Shown: positions 43,852-54,534 of the stretch, one piece after another
Layout: the number at the start of each line of letters is the position of its first letter
Position numbering within the stretch: the first letter of the stretch is position 1
Source of the DNA: a bacterium
GTDB taxonomy: Bacteria > UBA10199 > JAIBAG01
DNA length: 64,000 nucleotides
Direction: 5' to 3'
NCBI GenBank assembly: GCA_019695305.1
Contig: JAIBAG010000016.1
Coordinates: forward strand, 1,161-65,160
The notes under the pieces: generated by a model
Seen by the model: the letters and a program-made list of their open reading frames with translations, nothing else
Database searches by the model: none
Told to the model about the DNA's origin: nothing
Translations under genes and position numbers: made by a program

Positions 43852-44409
43852 ATGAACAAAACAATTTATACCACACCCATTATTCGCCATTGTTTATATG
43901 CAATCGGTTGGCTTTTTTTAAAAATTGCCGGTTGGAAAACTGAGGGGAAACCTCCAATTCTTGATCAATACGTTTTGATAGCCGCGCCTCACAAATCAAA
44001 TTGGGATTTCCCTTTTGCATTGGCCATCGCCTTTGTATCGGGCATTGAAGTGAAATGGATGGGCAAGATAGAAATGTTCCGCTGGCCTTTTGGTGGTTTT
44101 TTTAAATGGCTGGGTGGTATTCCTGTTGATCGCAGCAAAAAATTAAATTTGGTTGAGCAAACCGTAGCCTCGTTCAAAAAATATAGTAAATTAATTGTAA
44201 TGATTCCTCCCGAGGGTACTCGCCAAGCCGTAGAAAAATGGAAAACGGGTTTTTATTATATTGCGCATGGTGCCGGCGTTCCTATTTGCGCAGCCTTTGT
44301 AAACTATAAGCAAAAAGTGGGTGGCTTTGGCCCGCTGTTTTATACATCAGGCAATATTGAAGCTGATATGAAAGAGATGCAGGGTTTTTATGGTCGGTTT
44401 ATTTCTTAA
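43852..44409 (+). CDS. PlsC-family acyltransferase
   Basis: 185 aa. HX4D motif APHKSNWDFP. PEGTR motif. Confidence 0.75.
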   Translation: MNKTIYTTPIIRHCLYAIGWLFLKIAGWKTEGKPPILDQYVLIAAPHKSNWDFPFALAIAFVSGIEVKWMGKIEMFRWPFGGFFKWLGGIPVDRSKKLNLVEQTVASFKKYSKLIVMIPPEGTRQAVEKWKTGFYYIAHGAGVPICAAFVNYKQKVGGFGPLFYTSGNIEADMKEMQGFYGRFIS

Positions 44410-45056
44410 TTACGCTTCCCAAAAATAGCCGTACCTACACGAATCATTGTAGCTCCTTCTTCTATCGCTACTTTAAAATCGTGGCTCATGCCCATGGATA
44501 GCTCGCTTATCTGGTTTTTATCCGCCAGTTGTTTCATTGTTTTAAAATACGGTCGTGATTTTTCGGGATCTTGTTCTGGCGGCGGGATACACATGAGACC
44601 CGTAATTTTAATGTGGGAGAGAGCCGAGCATTCTTTTAAAAGAATGGGAAGATCATCTGGATTTATGCCCGATTTTGTTTTTTCTTCTTCTACCATCACC
44701 TGAATCAAACATTCCTGAACAATATTCAGTTTAGCAGCCTGCTTGTTAATTTCTTTTGCCAGCTTTAAAGAATCAAGCGTGTGGATTAAAACAGTTTTGC
44801 CTATAACGTCTTTTACTTTGCGACTTTGCAGATGGCCTATAAAGTGAAAGCGAATATCGGGTTGGTATTTTTCTATCAATTCGTGTGTGTAATTCTCTCC
44901 AAAATCGTTTTGACCGGCTTGTTTTGCTTCTAAAATAGCAGTGATGGGTTTTGTTTTGGATACGGCAATGAGTGTAATGCTTTCCGGGTTGCGGCTGCAC
45001 GCGGCACAAGCTTCTTTTATTTCTTTTTTAATTTTTTCTAGATTCTGGGCAATCAT
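44406..45056 (-). CDS. yggS: YggS-family PLP-binding protein
   Basis: 216 aa. LIAVSKTKP, FGENY, HFIGHLQSRK and LSMGMS.DF..AI motifs. Confidence 0.88.
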   Translation of the reverse strand: MIAQNLEKIKKEIKEACAACSRNPESITLIAVSKTKPITAILEAKQAGQNDFGENYTHELIEKYQPDIRFHFIGHLQSRKVKDVIGKTVLIHTLDSLKLAKEINKQAAKLNIVQECLIQVMVEEEKTKSGINPDDLPILLKECSALSHIKITGLMCIPPPEQDPEKSRPYFKTMKQLADKNQISELSMGMSHDFKVAIEEGATMIRVGTAIFGKRN

Positions 45057-45463
45057 TACCGCGGCATTTGCTTAAGCGTTCTAAACATGAGTGTTTTTTC
45101 GGCGTTGTATAAAATGAGATTATGGTTTTTGCGGGTTACATTATAGGTTCCCAAAAAAAACTCGCACGGGTCGGCATCTTTTTTAATGCGGATAGTTTGC
45201 TTTTTCTTGTCAAATTTGTAGCTTGCCGTGCAGGTGCGGGCGTAGTCGCGGTTGGTAGAATCGGGAAAATAAATAAATGCGCCATCGGGCTGAAAATCGG
45301 CCGTGCCATGGTCGCCGCCTTCAAAAAATATCTGGTAATGATTGGTGATGGTTTCAAGCATTAAGGGTTCGGCTTTAGCGCTTAACGATAAAAAGATTAA
45401 AATGAGAAAAAAGGATATTTTGTGAATATTCATAGGGGTTGATTTTAGAAAATCAAAAGTCAA
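45056..45463 (-). CDS. Small secreted hypothetical protein
   Basis: 135 aa. Signal peptide (ISFFLILIFLSLSAKA). The start could be the internal M at 45433. Confidence 0.5.
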   Translation of the reverse strand: MTFDFLKSTPMNIHKISFFLILIFLSLSAKAEPLMLETITNHYQIFFEGGDHGTADFQPDGAFIYFPDSTNRDYARTCTASYKFDKKKQTIRIKKDADPCEFFLGTYNVTRKNHNLILYNAEKTLMFRTLKQMPR

Positions 45464-45545
45464 AAAGCCAGCTAAAGTTTTTTGTATATTATTGCAATGA
45501 CATCAAAATTACGTTTGATCTTTTATGCAGTCCTCCTGGCTTATT

Positions 45546-47657
45546 TTACAGGTCCTTGGATACGGTAACCAGAAAATCGGATATCTCAACAACTCCCGGA
45601 GCCTCTGCCAGTAAATGAAAAGAAAAAGAACTGCGTGCTTCCCTGCTGGTTATTTCAAATGTAACATCCCCCGATTCTCCTTCGTGCAGGGTTTCAAGCT
45701 TTGGAATTTTTTCATTAATTTCCTGCTCGGCCTGTTTAAGAAACAGGCTCAGGCCCAGCCCCTCGGGAGGCGCTTTGTGAACGGTCCATTTAATGTGTAC
45801 TTTCGTTTTCGATTTTTCCGGAAAATCAAGATAAAGGGCTCCTGTTAAATTGTCGGCCCATTGGTCTTTCCAGGCTCTTTTGATGATTTGTTTTTTGCCG
45901 GTTGAAAACTGGTACGATACTTCGTTTGTAAGTCGTGAAAGATTGTTATCCAGCCACTGGGCCTGTTCAATCCATATTTTTGAATTTACAAATTCCTGAC
46001 CGCTACAATAGGAAGGGCCAATAATTGAATGGCTATCACATTTCTGGCATTTCCCCATATAGGTGCATTCAATACGTTGGCCATTTTCATCCAGCCAGCG
46101 CAGACGATCGGCTGTAAAAGATACCAGAATTCTGGGCTTGGTATAATTTCTAAAAATGCTTCTGCCCTTAAGCGATGGTAAAATTTCCAATTTCAGATAA
46201 TCGAGCACCGATAAAGTAATATCTAACAAACCGTAATTGCCACTTTTAAGCTTGGGCAGTTTTGTATTCTCTGGTGCAAACACAATTAAAGGAACCCAGC
46301 TGCTCGACCAATCGCCAAGCTCTGTTCCATGCGATTCGTCTGCGGTAAGAATAACCAGAGTATTTTCTAAAAATCCCTTCTTTTTTAGATTATCCATAAA
46401 ATGGCTGATAGCCATGTCGAGAAAAGCGATAGAAGCCTGTTTTCTATCCCAGTAGTTTTTGGCAAACTCATCACTTACTTCGTAGGGATGATGGGTTCCC
46501 ACGGTTAATAATGTCAGTAACCACGGTTTTCTGGAGTTTTTTATGGTGTCCAGATAGGTGAGGGCCCCGTCAAAAAAAGTTTGATCATCAACTCCCCATT
46601 GGCGATTTTCGGATTTGTTACTGTCAAACCATTCCAGTCCATGTACTTCGTCAAAGCCAATGAGCGGCATGAACTTATCCTTACCCATAAACGATAATCC
46701 GGATGCTTGCAGATAGTGCGTAGTATAGCTATTTTTTTTAAGTTGGTTAGGTAGGCATAACGATGCCTGTTGCGGGACATTTTGTAACTGGGTAGCTTTA
46801 GGTGTGCTCCACGAGAGCTTGCTTACATCCGAGCACAGCATGGCATATAATCCACGGATAGTTTGATGGCTGTGTGCTACAAAATCGGGAACCACCATGG
46901 CTTGTTTTGACAAATTACTTAACAAGGGCATTTCATTTTGAGGTTGAGGCAGGTTAAAAAAATGTCGGGATTGTGTAATATAGCTTCCCGGAATACCCTC
47001 CATGGCGATGATAAGTACATTTTTTGCCTTACCTTTTTTAAAGTAGCGTGTTCCATTTAAATCACGATGCAGAATATCTTCGCTAATTGTGGCCGGACTG
47101 TTTTGTTTGCTGGCCAGAGGATGAATAAACAGCCAGTGCAAAGGATTGTATTGGGCATAAATATTAGAATTGAAGTTTTTTGAAAAAAGATAGGTATGGC
47201 ATGCAAGAAGTACAAAAATAGAGGCGCAAACTATCATTAAATGATGTTTGATTTTTCGGACGGTATTCAGTTGTGGCATGAGGATTAGCGCAAAAAAACC
47301 GAGTCCAAAGAGCAAAAGATGATTTTCTGTAACAAGCCTTAGCGTAAAAAGACTGTTGTTAATAAAAACAGCGTCATCCAAATACAGCAGGTCGGGCCAT
47401 GATGGTAGCCGTAGCATGGCTTTAAATAATTCAAACCCCGCTGCATTTGCACAAAACCATAACAGTAAAATAGGCCACTTAAACCGACGTTTTAAAGATA
47501 TAAGCGGATAAAAGAAAATAAATGCAATGAGTGCATCCGAAAAAAAGCCGGCCAGGTTACCATACCCCAATTGATACCGTATATAGGCGGGTAAGCCCGC
47601 CAGAATTAAAAGCGTGGCAAGGGCAATTCCAAAATAAAAGATGCTTTTTTTATGCAC
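45546..47657 (-). CDS. LTA-synthase/sulfatase-family membrane protein (phosphoglycerol- or phosphoethanolamine-transferase-like)
   Basis: 703 aa. About 5 N-terminal TMs. Alkaline-phosphatase-superfamily core (NVLIIAMEGIPG, LTVGTHHPY, VILTADES). Confidence 0.7.
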   Translation of the reverse strand: MHKKSIFYFGIALATLLILAGLPAYIRYQLGYGNLAGFFSDALIAFIFFYPLISLKRRFKWPILLLWFCANAAGFELFKAMLRLPSWPDLLYLDDAVFINNSLFTLRLVTENHLLLFGLGFFALILMPQLNTVRKIKHHLMIVCASIFVLLACHTYLFSKNFNSNIYAQYNPLHWLFIHPLASKQNSPATISEDILHRDLNGTRYFKKGKAKNVLIIAMEGIPGSYITQSRHFFNLPQPQNEMPLLSNLSKQAMVVPDFVAHSHQTIRGLYAMLCSDVSKLSWSTPKATQLQNVPQQASLCLPNQLKKNSYTTHYLQASGLSFMGKDKFMPLIGFDEVHGLEWFDSNKSENRQWGVDDQTFFDGALTYLDTIKNSRKPWLLTLLTVGTHHPYEVSDEFAKNYWDRKQASIAFLDMAISHFMDNLKKKGFLENTLVILTADESHGTELGDWSSSWVPLIVFAPENTKLPKLKSGNYGLLDITLSVLDYLKLEILPSLKGRSIFRNYTKPRILVSFTADRLRWLDENGQRIECTYMGKCQKCDSHSIIGPSYCSGQEFVNSKIWIEQAQWLDNNLSRLTNEVSYQFSTGKKQIIKRAWKDQWADNLTGALYLDFPEKSKTKVHIKWTVHKAPPEGLGLSLFLKQAEQEINEKIPKLETLHEGESGDVTFEITSREARSSFSFHLLAEAPGVVEISDFLVTVSKDL

Positions 47658-47848
47658 AGAAGGGGACTACATTTTTTTAAACAGGACATCAATGAAAGGA
47701 TTTGGAAAAGCGGCGGTTTAGAAGCGGTAATTGTGACTAAAAAAACCCCTTTTCAACTAAAAAAAAGCATGTTAGCGCACTAGGCTTTCTTGCTAGGGCT
47801 GTGTGTTTACAGTCTTATGGCTATAAAAATTTTAAGGAGAATAAAGCA

Positions 47849-49447
47849 ATGGGTACGGCAAACAAGCGTTTTAAACTGGAAGATCAAGGTATTACAGGTG
47901 TTAAAAAGGTATATTGGGATTTAAATGCAGCAGAATTATATGAAGAATCCCTCAAAAGAGGCGAAGCTTGGGTAACCGAAGATGGTGCCTTACTGGCCGA
48001 AACCGGCAAATACACTGGCCGTTCCCCTAACGATAAATTTACCGTAAAAGAACCCAGCTCCGAAGCCAATGTATGGTGGGGTAAAGTAAACAAGCCCTTT
48101 GATGCCGCTAAATTTGATGCCTTGGAAGCCCGCGTTTTAGAGCACCTCAAGGGAAAAGAAGTTTTTGTACAAGATTGTTATGGTGGTTGCGATAAAACGC
48201 ACCGTTTGCCCATTCGTATTATTAACGAATTTGCCTGGCACAATCTTTTTGCTCGCAACATGTTTGTGCGTATCGACGACAAAGCCGAACTTGAAAATCA
48301 TAAACCTGAATATACCGTGATTTACGCTCCGACTTTTAAAGCCGACCCTGCCCGTGACGGTACCAATTCGGAAGCTTTCATTATTCCTCACTTTGGCAAA
48401 AAGCGTATTATCATCGGCGGTACCAGCTATGCCGGTGAATGTAAAAAATCAGTTTTTGCTCTTCTCAACTACATCTTGCCTCTTAAAGGTGTGTTGTCCA
48501 TGCACTGCTCGGCCAATATTGGTCGCGATGGTGATACAGCCGTTTTCTTTGGTTTATCGGGTACCGGTAAAACCACTCTCTCGGCCGATCCTGATCGTGC
48601 TTTAATTGGTGATGATGAACACGGCTGGAGCGATGAAGGTGTGTTTAACTTTGAAGGCGGTTGTTATGCAAAAGCCATCAAGCTTAACAGAGAAGCTGAA
48701 CCCGAAATTTATGATTGCGTAGAACGCTTTGGAACTATTTTGGAAAACGTGGTGATGGATAAAAACACCCGTAAAATTGATTTAGATGATGCGACCTTGG
48801 CTGAAAACACCCGCGCTTCGTATCCTATTAATTTTATTCCTAACGCCGTTCCTAGTGGCCGTGGTGGAATTCCCAAAACCATCATCATGCTTACTGCCGA
48901 TGCTTTTGGTGTTTTACCTCCTGTAGCTAAACTTACTTCGGCTCAGGCTATGTACCACTTCCTTTCTGGCTATACCGCAAAAGTAGCTGGTACTGAACGT
49001 GGTGTAAAAGAACCTCAAGCTACTTTTAGCCCCTGTTTTGGTGGACCGTTCATGACTTTGCACCCTGGTGTTTATGCCAAATTGTTGGGCGAAAAAATTG
49101 CTCAAAATAAAGTGGAATGTTATTTGGTGAACACCGGCTGGAGTGGTGGACCTTATGGTGTTGGTAATCGCGTTCCTATTAAAGTATCGCGCGCTATCGT
49201 TAAGGCTGCTCTCTCGGGCGCTCTTAAAAATGTTAAAACTGTAAAAGATCCTGTGATGGGGCTCGAAGTTCCCACCGAATGTCCTGGTGTAGCTGATACT
49301 TCTATTTTAAATCCTCGTAACACATGGGCTGATAAAGCTGCTTACGACGATAAAGCCAAGCACTTGGCTGGATTATTCAGAGAAAACTTTAAGCAGTATG
49401 CTGAAGGGGTATCTGAAGAAATCCGTAACGCCGGTCCTATTGGATAA
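47849..49447 (+). CDS. pckA: Phosphoenolpyruvate carboxykinase (ATP)
   Basis: Start at MGTANKRF with an AAGGAGA RBS at 47834. GKYTGRSPNDKF, FFGLSGTGKTTLS, IGDDEHGW and NTGWSGG motifs. Confidence 0.93.
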   Translation: MGTANKRFKLEDQGITGVKKVYWDLNAAELYEESLKRGEAWVTEDGALLAETGKYTGRSPNDKFTVKEPSSEANVWWGKVNKPFDAAKFDALEARVLEHLKGKEVFVQDCYGGCDKTHRLPIRIINEFAWHNLFARNMFVRIDDKAELENHKPEYTVIYAPTFKADPARDGTNSEAFIIPHFGKKRIIIGGTSYAGECKKSVFALLNYILPLKGVLSMHCSANIGRDGDTAVFFGLSGTGKTTLSADPDRALIGDDEHGWSDEGVFNFEGGCYAKAIKLNREAEPEIYDCVERFGTILENVVMDKNTRKIDLDDATLAENTRASYPINFIPNAVPSGRGGIPKTIIMLTADAFGVLPPVAKLTSAQAMYHFLSGYTAKVAGTERGVKEPQATFSPCFGGPFMTLHPGVYAKLLGEKIAQNKVECYLVNTGWSGGPYGVGNRVPIKVSRAIVKAALSGALKNVKTVKDPVMGLEVPTECPGVADTSILNPRNTWADKAAYDDKAKHLAGLFRENFKQYAEGVSEEIRNAGPIG

Positions 49448-49457
49448 GCGGCGGTGA

Positions 49458-49621
49458 TAAACAAACCAGTTTGCCTTTTTATTTTTTTCTAAAACATGGA
49501 GTCCATCTATAAGATGACGCCCTCACAGTTCATATAAAAATTGTACTGGGTGGAAGGGTGAGGGCTTTTAGGGTTGGCCGCACGTTTTAGAAAAAAATAA
49601 AAAGGCAAACTGGTTTGTTTA
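49458..49621. repeat. Structured intergenic repeat family A, copy 2 (164 nt)
   Basis: Perfect 38-bp inverted arms, 49458-49495 and 49584-49621. Conserved core ATAAGATGACGCCCTCAC...GGGTGGAAGGGTGAGGGC..GGCCGCACG. Lies between the convergent pckA and aminotransferase genes. Confidence 0.85.
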
Positions 49622-49676
49622 AAGAAAAAAAGAGAAAAAAACGAGAGTACGAACGTACGAAGTCACGAACGCACGA

Positions 49677-50795
49677 TCAATTATAATTGATATTAGCCGG
49701 TTTCTGTTCAAACAGATAATGAGCCGGAACTTTTTCGAATACCTTCCAAAAGCGTTCCATAATGAACATGTGGCCAATTGTGATGCGCAGGAAACCGTTT
49801 AATTGCGGGATCATGCTGCGGTCGCGGACGAAGACGTTGTTTTTTGCTAAAAAGTCTACAACACCTTGAGGGTTGGCTACTTTAAGTAAGATAAAGTTAG
49901 CGGGGGTTTCGTGAACAAATAATCCCATGTTCCGCATTTTGCCAGAGAGCCACGAGCGGGCGCTATTTACTTCGGATACGTAGCGTTCCATATGTTCAAC
50001 GTCATCTAAAGCTGCACTAGCAGCAACTTGAGCCAGCGAGTTGATATTTTTACCCACGCGAATTTTGTTGATGGCTTCCAAGTTATTAGCCTGAGTTAAT
50101 ACATAGCCGCAACGAAGACCGGCCAAGCCAAATGCTTTGGAAAAAGAACGGGTAACAATAAGATTGGAATAAAACGGTACTAAATGAGCCATGCTATGGT
50201 TACAAAATTCGAAATATGCTTCGTCTACAATAACAAGTGCCTGACCTTTAGCTTTATCTAAAATATTTTTGATTTCACGTTCATTATACAAGAGGCCTGT
50301 GGGGTTATTGGGGTTAACAATATAAACAATTTTTGTTTTATCGGTAATGGCATTTAAGAGGGCATCTACTTTGGTTACAAAAGGAGATGGCCCAAAAACA
50401 GGAACAAGCGTGGCATCACACGATTCGGCATACAAACGGAAATGATCGTAAGCGGGCATGCACAGGGCAACTTCATCGCCATGAGTTAAATAAGTTTTAC
50501 AGATGGTTTCTAAAGCATTGTCCGATCCATTAAAAGTTTGGATCATTTCAGTAGGAAGACCGGTGTATTTGGATAATTTTTCAATCAGCGTGGTAGAGTT
50601 GATATCTGGGTACCAGTTAAGCTGAGATTTTTGAACGAATTCGATGAGACTACCGGTTACATGAGGAGACGGGGTAGAGGTGGATTCGTTAGAATCCAGC
50701 TTCATAATACGAGCGCCTTTTTCAAAAAGTTCGCCTGTATGCCGGCCGTTGATATAGGGTTTTAACCTGCCAATAGATTCTTTTGATGAAATCAT
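49677..50795 (-). CDS. hisC: Class I/II aminotransferase, histidinol-phosphate aminotransferase-like
   Basis: 372 aa. NPNNPTG. PLP-Lys motif RSFSKAFGLAGLRCGY. Confidence 0.65.
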   Translation of the reverse strand: MISSKESIGRLKPYINGRHTGELFEKGARIMKLDSNESTSTPSPHVTGSLIEFVQKSQLNWYPDINSTTLIEKLSKYTGLPTEMIQTFNGSDNALETICKTYLTHGDEVALCMPAYDHFRLYAESCDATLVPVFGPSPFVTKVDALLNAITDKTKIVYIVNPNNPTGLLYNEREIKNILDKAKGQALVIVDEAYFEFCNHSMAHLVPFYSNLIVTRSFSKAFGLAGLRCGYVLTQANNLEAINKIRVGKNINSLAQVAASAALDDVEHMERYVSEVNSARSWLSGKMRNMGLFVHETPANFILLKVANPQGVVDFLAKNNVFVRDRSMIPQLNGFLRITIGHMFIMERFWKVFEKVPAHYLFEQKPANINYN

Positions 50796-51088
50796 AAATT
50801 GAATTTCTGCCCCTTACGTACCGCTTAGACCGACCCCTTGTTTTCGGCTCATCTTTAAAAATGTTGCTAAGGTTTTTCCCTGTTTTTTTAAGTGAACAAC
50901 AAGGAAGTTATTTGTACAAATAAGTGCGCCGAGTGTACTTATCCGCAAAATATTTTCAAGGCCAAAAAGTGGCATTTTTGTGAAAAATAAAGCATTTATA
51001 AGTAATATCAATAGTTTATTTAGCCTATTTTTTATGCGACGTATAAAAAAGGGCAGGGATTTTATGACGGAATGCGTCAAAATAGCTT

Positions 51089-52498
51089 TTAAAGATAAGG
51101 AGTGATACGTTTTAAGCTTTCGTCACGTCCTAAAATGCGCAGCATATCGTAAATACCGGGGCTAATTTTTTTACCGCTTAAAGCCACACGGACAGGAGAG
51201 GCTAGTTTACCAAGGCCTAGCCCGGTATCGGCCACGAGCTTCTCAAAAAGGGCATGGATACCGTTACTCGTCCAATCCGTTAACCCTTGCAGGGCTTGTG
51301 AGACAAGGCCAAGTGCCTTTTTAGCATCCGGGCTAAAGGTTTTATCCAATAACGCCTGGTCCGGTGTAATTTTAATAAAGAAGAAATCGATCAATTCGGC
51401 CATTTCGGTGAGTGTTTTTACTTTTTCCTGAGAGGCTTTAATCGTTTGAAGGAGCAAATTTTTGTCTACACTCGTAATGCCTTTAAGCGAGAGTTGGTAT
51501 TCTACTTCTGATAAAAGATCTTCAGCTTTAGCTTCACGGATATAGAGCCCATTAAGCCACAACAATTTTTCGGGGTTAAATACACCTGCCGAACCGGATA
51601 CCGATTCGAGCGAAAATTTTTCAATCAGTTCTTCGCGTGTGAAGACTTCCTGATCTTTGTACGACCAACCGAGCCGCACTAAATAATTGAGAAGTGCATG
51701 CGGCAAATATCCCATTTCACGATAAGCCATCACGGAGGTAGCCCCGTGACGTTTGCTTAAACGCTTTTTATCAGCACCCAAAATCATGGGTACGTGCGCA
51801 AAGAGAGGAACAGGAAAACCAAGAGCCTCATACATTTGCAGCTGACGGGGTGTGTTGTTTAAATGATCATCGCCTCTTATAACATGCGTAATGCCCATGG
51901 TTACGTCATCCACTACCACGGTAAAATTATAGGTGGGGCTGCCATCGGTGCGCGCGATTACTAAATCATCCAATTCTTTATTAGCTACAACCACGCGTCC
52001 TTTAATTACGTCGTTAATCACGGTTTCGCCATCATCGGGCGATTTAAAACGGATGCAGTATTTAAGGCCCGCGTCTTTTTTAGCTGCTACTTCAGCATCG
52101 GAAAGTTTTAAACACGTACGGTCGTACATGGGCTTTTGCTTATTATCCTGAGCAATTTTTCTTTTGGCATCCAATTCTTCTGGGGTGCAAAAGCAGGGGT
52201 AAGCTTTTTTAGCATCCACTAATTTTTGAATGTATTCCTTATACAGGTCGAAGCGCTTGGTTTGATAAAACGGGCCTTCATCCCATTTGAGATCGAGCCA
52301 GTTCATGCCGTCCATAATGGCCTGGATGGATTCGGGGGTACTTCTCTCCAAATCGGTATCCTCAATACGCAAAATAAAAACACCGCCGTGTTTTTTAGCT
52401 AACAAGTAATTATAGAGAGCTGTACGCGCACCACCTACGTGCAAATAACCGGTAGGGCTGGGAGCGAAGCGGACGCGGAGTTTTTGGGAGTTTTCCAT
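51089..52498 (-). CDS. gltX: Glutamate--tRNA ligase
   Basis: 469 aa. RFAPSPTGYLHVGGARTALYN (HIGH) and RLSKRHG (KMSKS) motifs. Confidence 0.93.
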   Translation of the reverse strand: MENSQKLRVRFAPSPTGYLHVGGARTALYNYLLAKKHGGVFILRIEDTDLERSTPESIQAIMDGMNWLDLKWDEGPFYQTKRFDLYKEYIQKLVDAKKAYPCFCTPEELDAKRKIAQDNKQKPMYDRTCLKLSDAEVAAKKDAGLKYCIRFKSPDDGETVINDVIKGRVVVANKELDDLVIARTDGSPTYNFTVVVDDVTMGITHVIRGDDHLNNTPRQLQMYEALGFPVPLFAHVPMILGADKKRLSKRHGATSVMAYREMGYLPHALLNYLVRLGWSYKDQEVFTREELIEKFSLESVSGSAGVFNPEKLLWLNGLYIREAKAEDLLSEVEYQLSLKGITSVDKNLLLQTIKASQEKVKTLTEMAELIDFFFIKITPDQALLDKTFSPDAKKALGLVSQALQGLTDWTSNGIHALFEKLVADTGLGLGKLASPVRVALSGKKISPGIYDMLRILGRDESLKRITPYL

Positions 52499-52500
52499 GA

Positions 52501-52665
52501 TTATGGATTATTATCTTTTTTCTTTCTCTTAAACAAGAGCCAGTACATGCCAAGGCCAACTAAAATCATGGTGGCAATCTTAAAGAAATCCACCCAACCG
52601 CCCTCCGGTAAAGGAGGTAATCCTGTTGGAGACGGAACTTTTGGTTCAAACGGCAGCCAGCTCAT
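52501..52665 (-). CDS. Possible small membrane protein (54 aa)
   Basis: ATG..TAA ORF not in the track because it is under 60 aa: MSWLPFEPKVPSPTGLPPLPEGGWVDFFKIATMILVGLGMYWLLFKRKKKDNNP. One TM plus a basic tail. It fills the ilvC-gltX gap. Weak RBS. Confidence 0.35.
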   Translation of the reverse strand: MSWLPFEPKVPSPTGLPPLPEGGWVDFFKIATMILVGLGMYWLLFKRKKKDNNP

Positions 52666-52670
52666 GCGAA

Positions 52671-53726
52671 CTATTTCTTCTTAAAAGCACGTTCGGGGCG
52701 GAATTCGCGGAGCACGCGGCCAGCTTGCCACATTTCTTGATTGGCAATGGCTTCGAGCTCTTTGTTTAAACCAGCACGATAGTTAGGATCGGAATTGGCT
52801 TTAATAGAAATGCGGGCTTCGTTGCCGGTTTCTACGCTGTTGTAACAAGCTTCAATAACCGGTTTGATGGCCGCTTCGTATTTAGGAGCCCAATCCAGAG
52901 CACCGCGTTGAGCGGTGGTGGAACAGTTCGCATACATCCAGTCCATGCCGTTTTCGGCAATTAAGGGATACAAGCTTTGAAAAGCTTCTTCGATGGATTC
53001 GTTATACGCTTCAGAGGGCGAATGACCATGAGCACGGAGTACATCGTACTGTGCTTTAATAGCACCCTGGATTAAACCCATGAGCACCGAGCGTTCGCCG
53101 GTAAGATCGCTGCGTACTTCTTTTTCAAAAGTGGTTTCAAACAAGTGGCCACTGCCAATAGCAATACCTACAGCCTGAACACGTTCTTTAGCGCGGCCGG
53201 TTGCATCTTGGAATACAGCGTAGGATGAATTGATACCACGGCCATCTAAGTAATGAGTACGTACGGTTAAACCGCTGCCTTTGGGAGCACATAAAACTAC
53301 GTCTACATTTTTGGGAGGAACAATTTTGGTGTCTTCTTTAAACACGATACCAAAGCCGTGCGAGAAATAGAGACAATCGCCGTCTTTTAAGTTTTCGCGA
53401 ACCATGGGCCATGCGGTAATTTGAGCAGCATCGGATAAGAGATATTGGATGATAGTGCCGCGCTTGGTGGCTTCTTCCATGGAGAACAAGTTTTTGCCTT
53501 CTACCCATCCTTCGGAAACCGCTTTATCCCAGCTGGCGCCTTTGCGGAGGCCCACAATAACGTTAAATCCCTGGTCGCGCAGGTTTAAGCTTTGGCCACG
53601 ACCTTGGGGGCCATAACCTAAAATGGTGATCACTTCTTTACCCAGAATTTCCTTTAATTTGGCTTCAGGGTAATCGGTGCGTTCGATGATGGTTTCTTCA
53701 AAACCGGCAATATTAATTTTCTTCAT
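52671..53726 (-). CDS. ilvC: Ketol-acid reductoisomerase
   Basis: 351 aa. ILGYGPQGRGQSLNLRDQG NADP-binding motif and FSHGF motif. Confidence 0.92.
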   Translation of the reverse strand: MKKINIAGFEETIIERTDYPEAKLKEILGKEVITILGYGPQGRGQSLNLRDQGFNVIVGLRKGASWDKAVSEGWVEGKNLFSMEEATKRGTIIQYLLSDAAQITAWPMVRENLKDGDCLYFSHGFGIVFKEDTKIVPPKNVDVVLCAPKGSGLTVRTHYLDGRGINSSYAVFQDATGRAKERVQAVGIAIGSGHLFETTFEKEVRSDLTGERSVLMGLIQGAIKAQYDVLRAHGHSPSEAYNESIEEAFQSLYPLIAENGMDWMYANCSTTAQRGALDWAPKYEAAIKPVIEACYNSVETGNEARISIKANSDPNYRAGLNKELEAIANQEMWQAGRVLREFRPERAFKKK

Positions 53727-53799
53727 AAGTCCTCCAAAAATTGAACTAAGCCCCCTAACATGGTCACTTTGATTAGGTCAATACTTGGTTTAGGTTTTT

Positions 53800-54465
53800 T
53801 TAGGCGACCAAAACAGAATAAATCGAAGCAAAATGACAGGCCGATCCGGCCAGCACAAACACGTGAAAAATACCGTGATTAAAAGGGATTTTTTTAAGCC
53901 CGTAAAAAAGAGCGCCCACCGTGTAAGCTGCGCCCCCCAACCATAAGAGGGTGAAAGCATGAGGCGAAAGGGCATAATAGAGAGGTTTTATGGCAAAAAG
54001 AGCAATCCAGCCCATTCCCACATAGCTTAAGGTGGAGATAATTTTAAAACGGCCGGTATAAAAAATTTTAAAAATAACGCCCAAAAAGGCAATGCCCCAC
54101 ATGATGCCAAACATGGTCCAACCCAGATTTCCTTTTAAGCCAATTAAGGTAAAGGGTGTGTACGAGCCGGCAATGAGCACATAAATAAAGGCATGATCCA
54201 CAATTTTAAGAATGCGTTTCACCCGGATATTTTTAGCTTGGTGATAAAAAGTGGAAGAAGCATAGAGCGCTACCAGTGAAATGCCATAAAACAAGCTACT
54301 CATCAGGATAAGACCTTGGTTGGATAATACACCAATGATGGTGAGCGCGATCAAGCCGATAATAGCCAAAATAAAACCCGTTCCATGCGTGATGGTGTTG
54401 ATGAGTTCCTCGGTTGGGGTTTCGCCCGAAACCGGACAGTATGTTTGCTGAGTTTTCATGCCCAT
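53800..54465 (-). CDS. Hemolysin III / PAQR-family membrane protein
   Basis: 221 aa, 7 TMs. DHAFIYVLIAGSYTP and HVFVLAGSACHF motifs. Confidence 0.85.
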   Translation of the reverse strand: MGMKTQQTYCPVSGETPTEELINTITHGTGFILAIIGLIALTIIGVLSNQGLILMSSLFYGISLVALYASSTFYHQAKNIRVKRILKIVDHAFIYVLIAGSYTPFTLIGLKGNLGWTMFGIMWGIAFLGVIFKIFYTGRFKIISTLSYVGMGWIALFAIKPLYYALSPHAFTLLWLGGAAYTVGALFYGLKKIPFNHGIFHVFVLAGSACHFASIYSVLVA

Positions 54466-54534
54466 AGCGTCTTTAGTGGATTTGTTTATAAATAGCGAGA
54501 GGTATTATCTTTACATATGCATGTAACGTGCTAA

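Noticed and set aside
50814-51080. 88-aa minus-strand ORF between gltX and the aminotransferase gene
   Set aside because: It has a TTG start, no RBS, and the basic/hydrophobic composition typical of AT-rich non-coding DNA. More likely a promoter or leader region.
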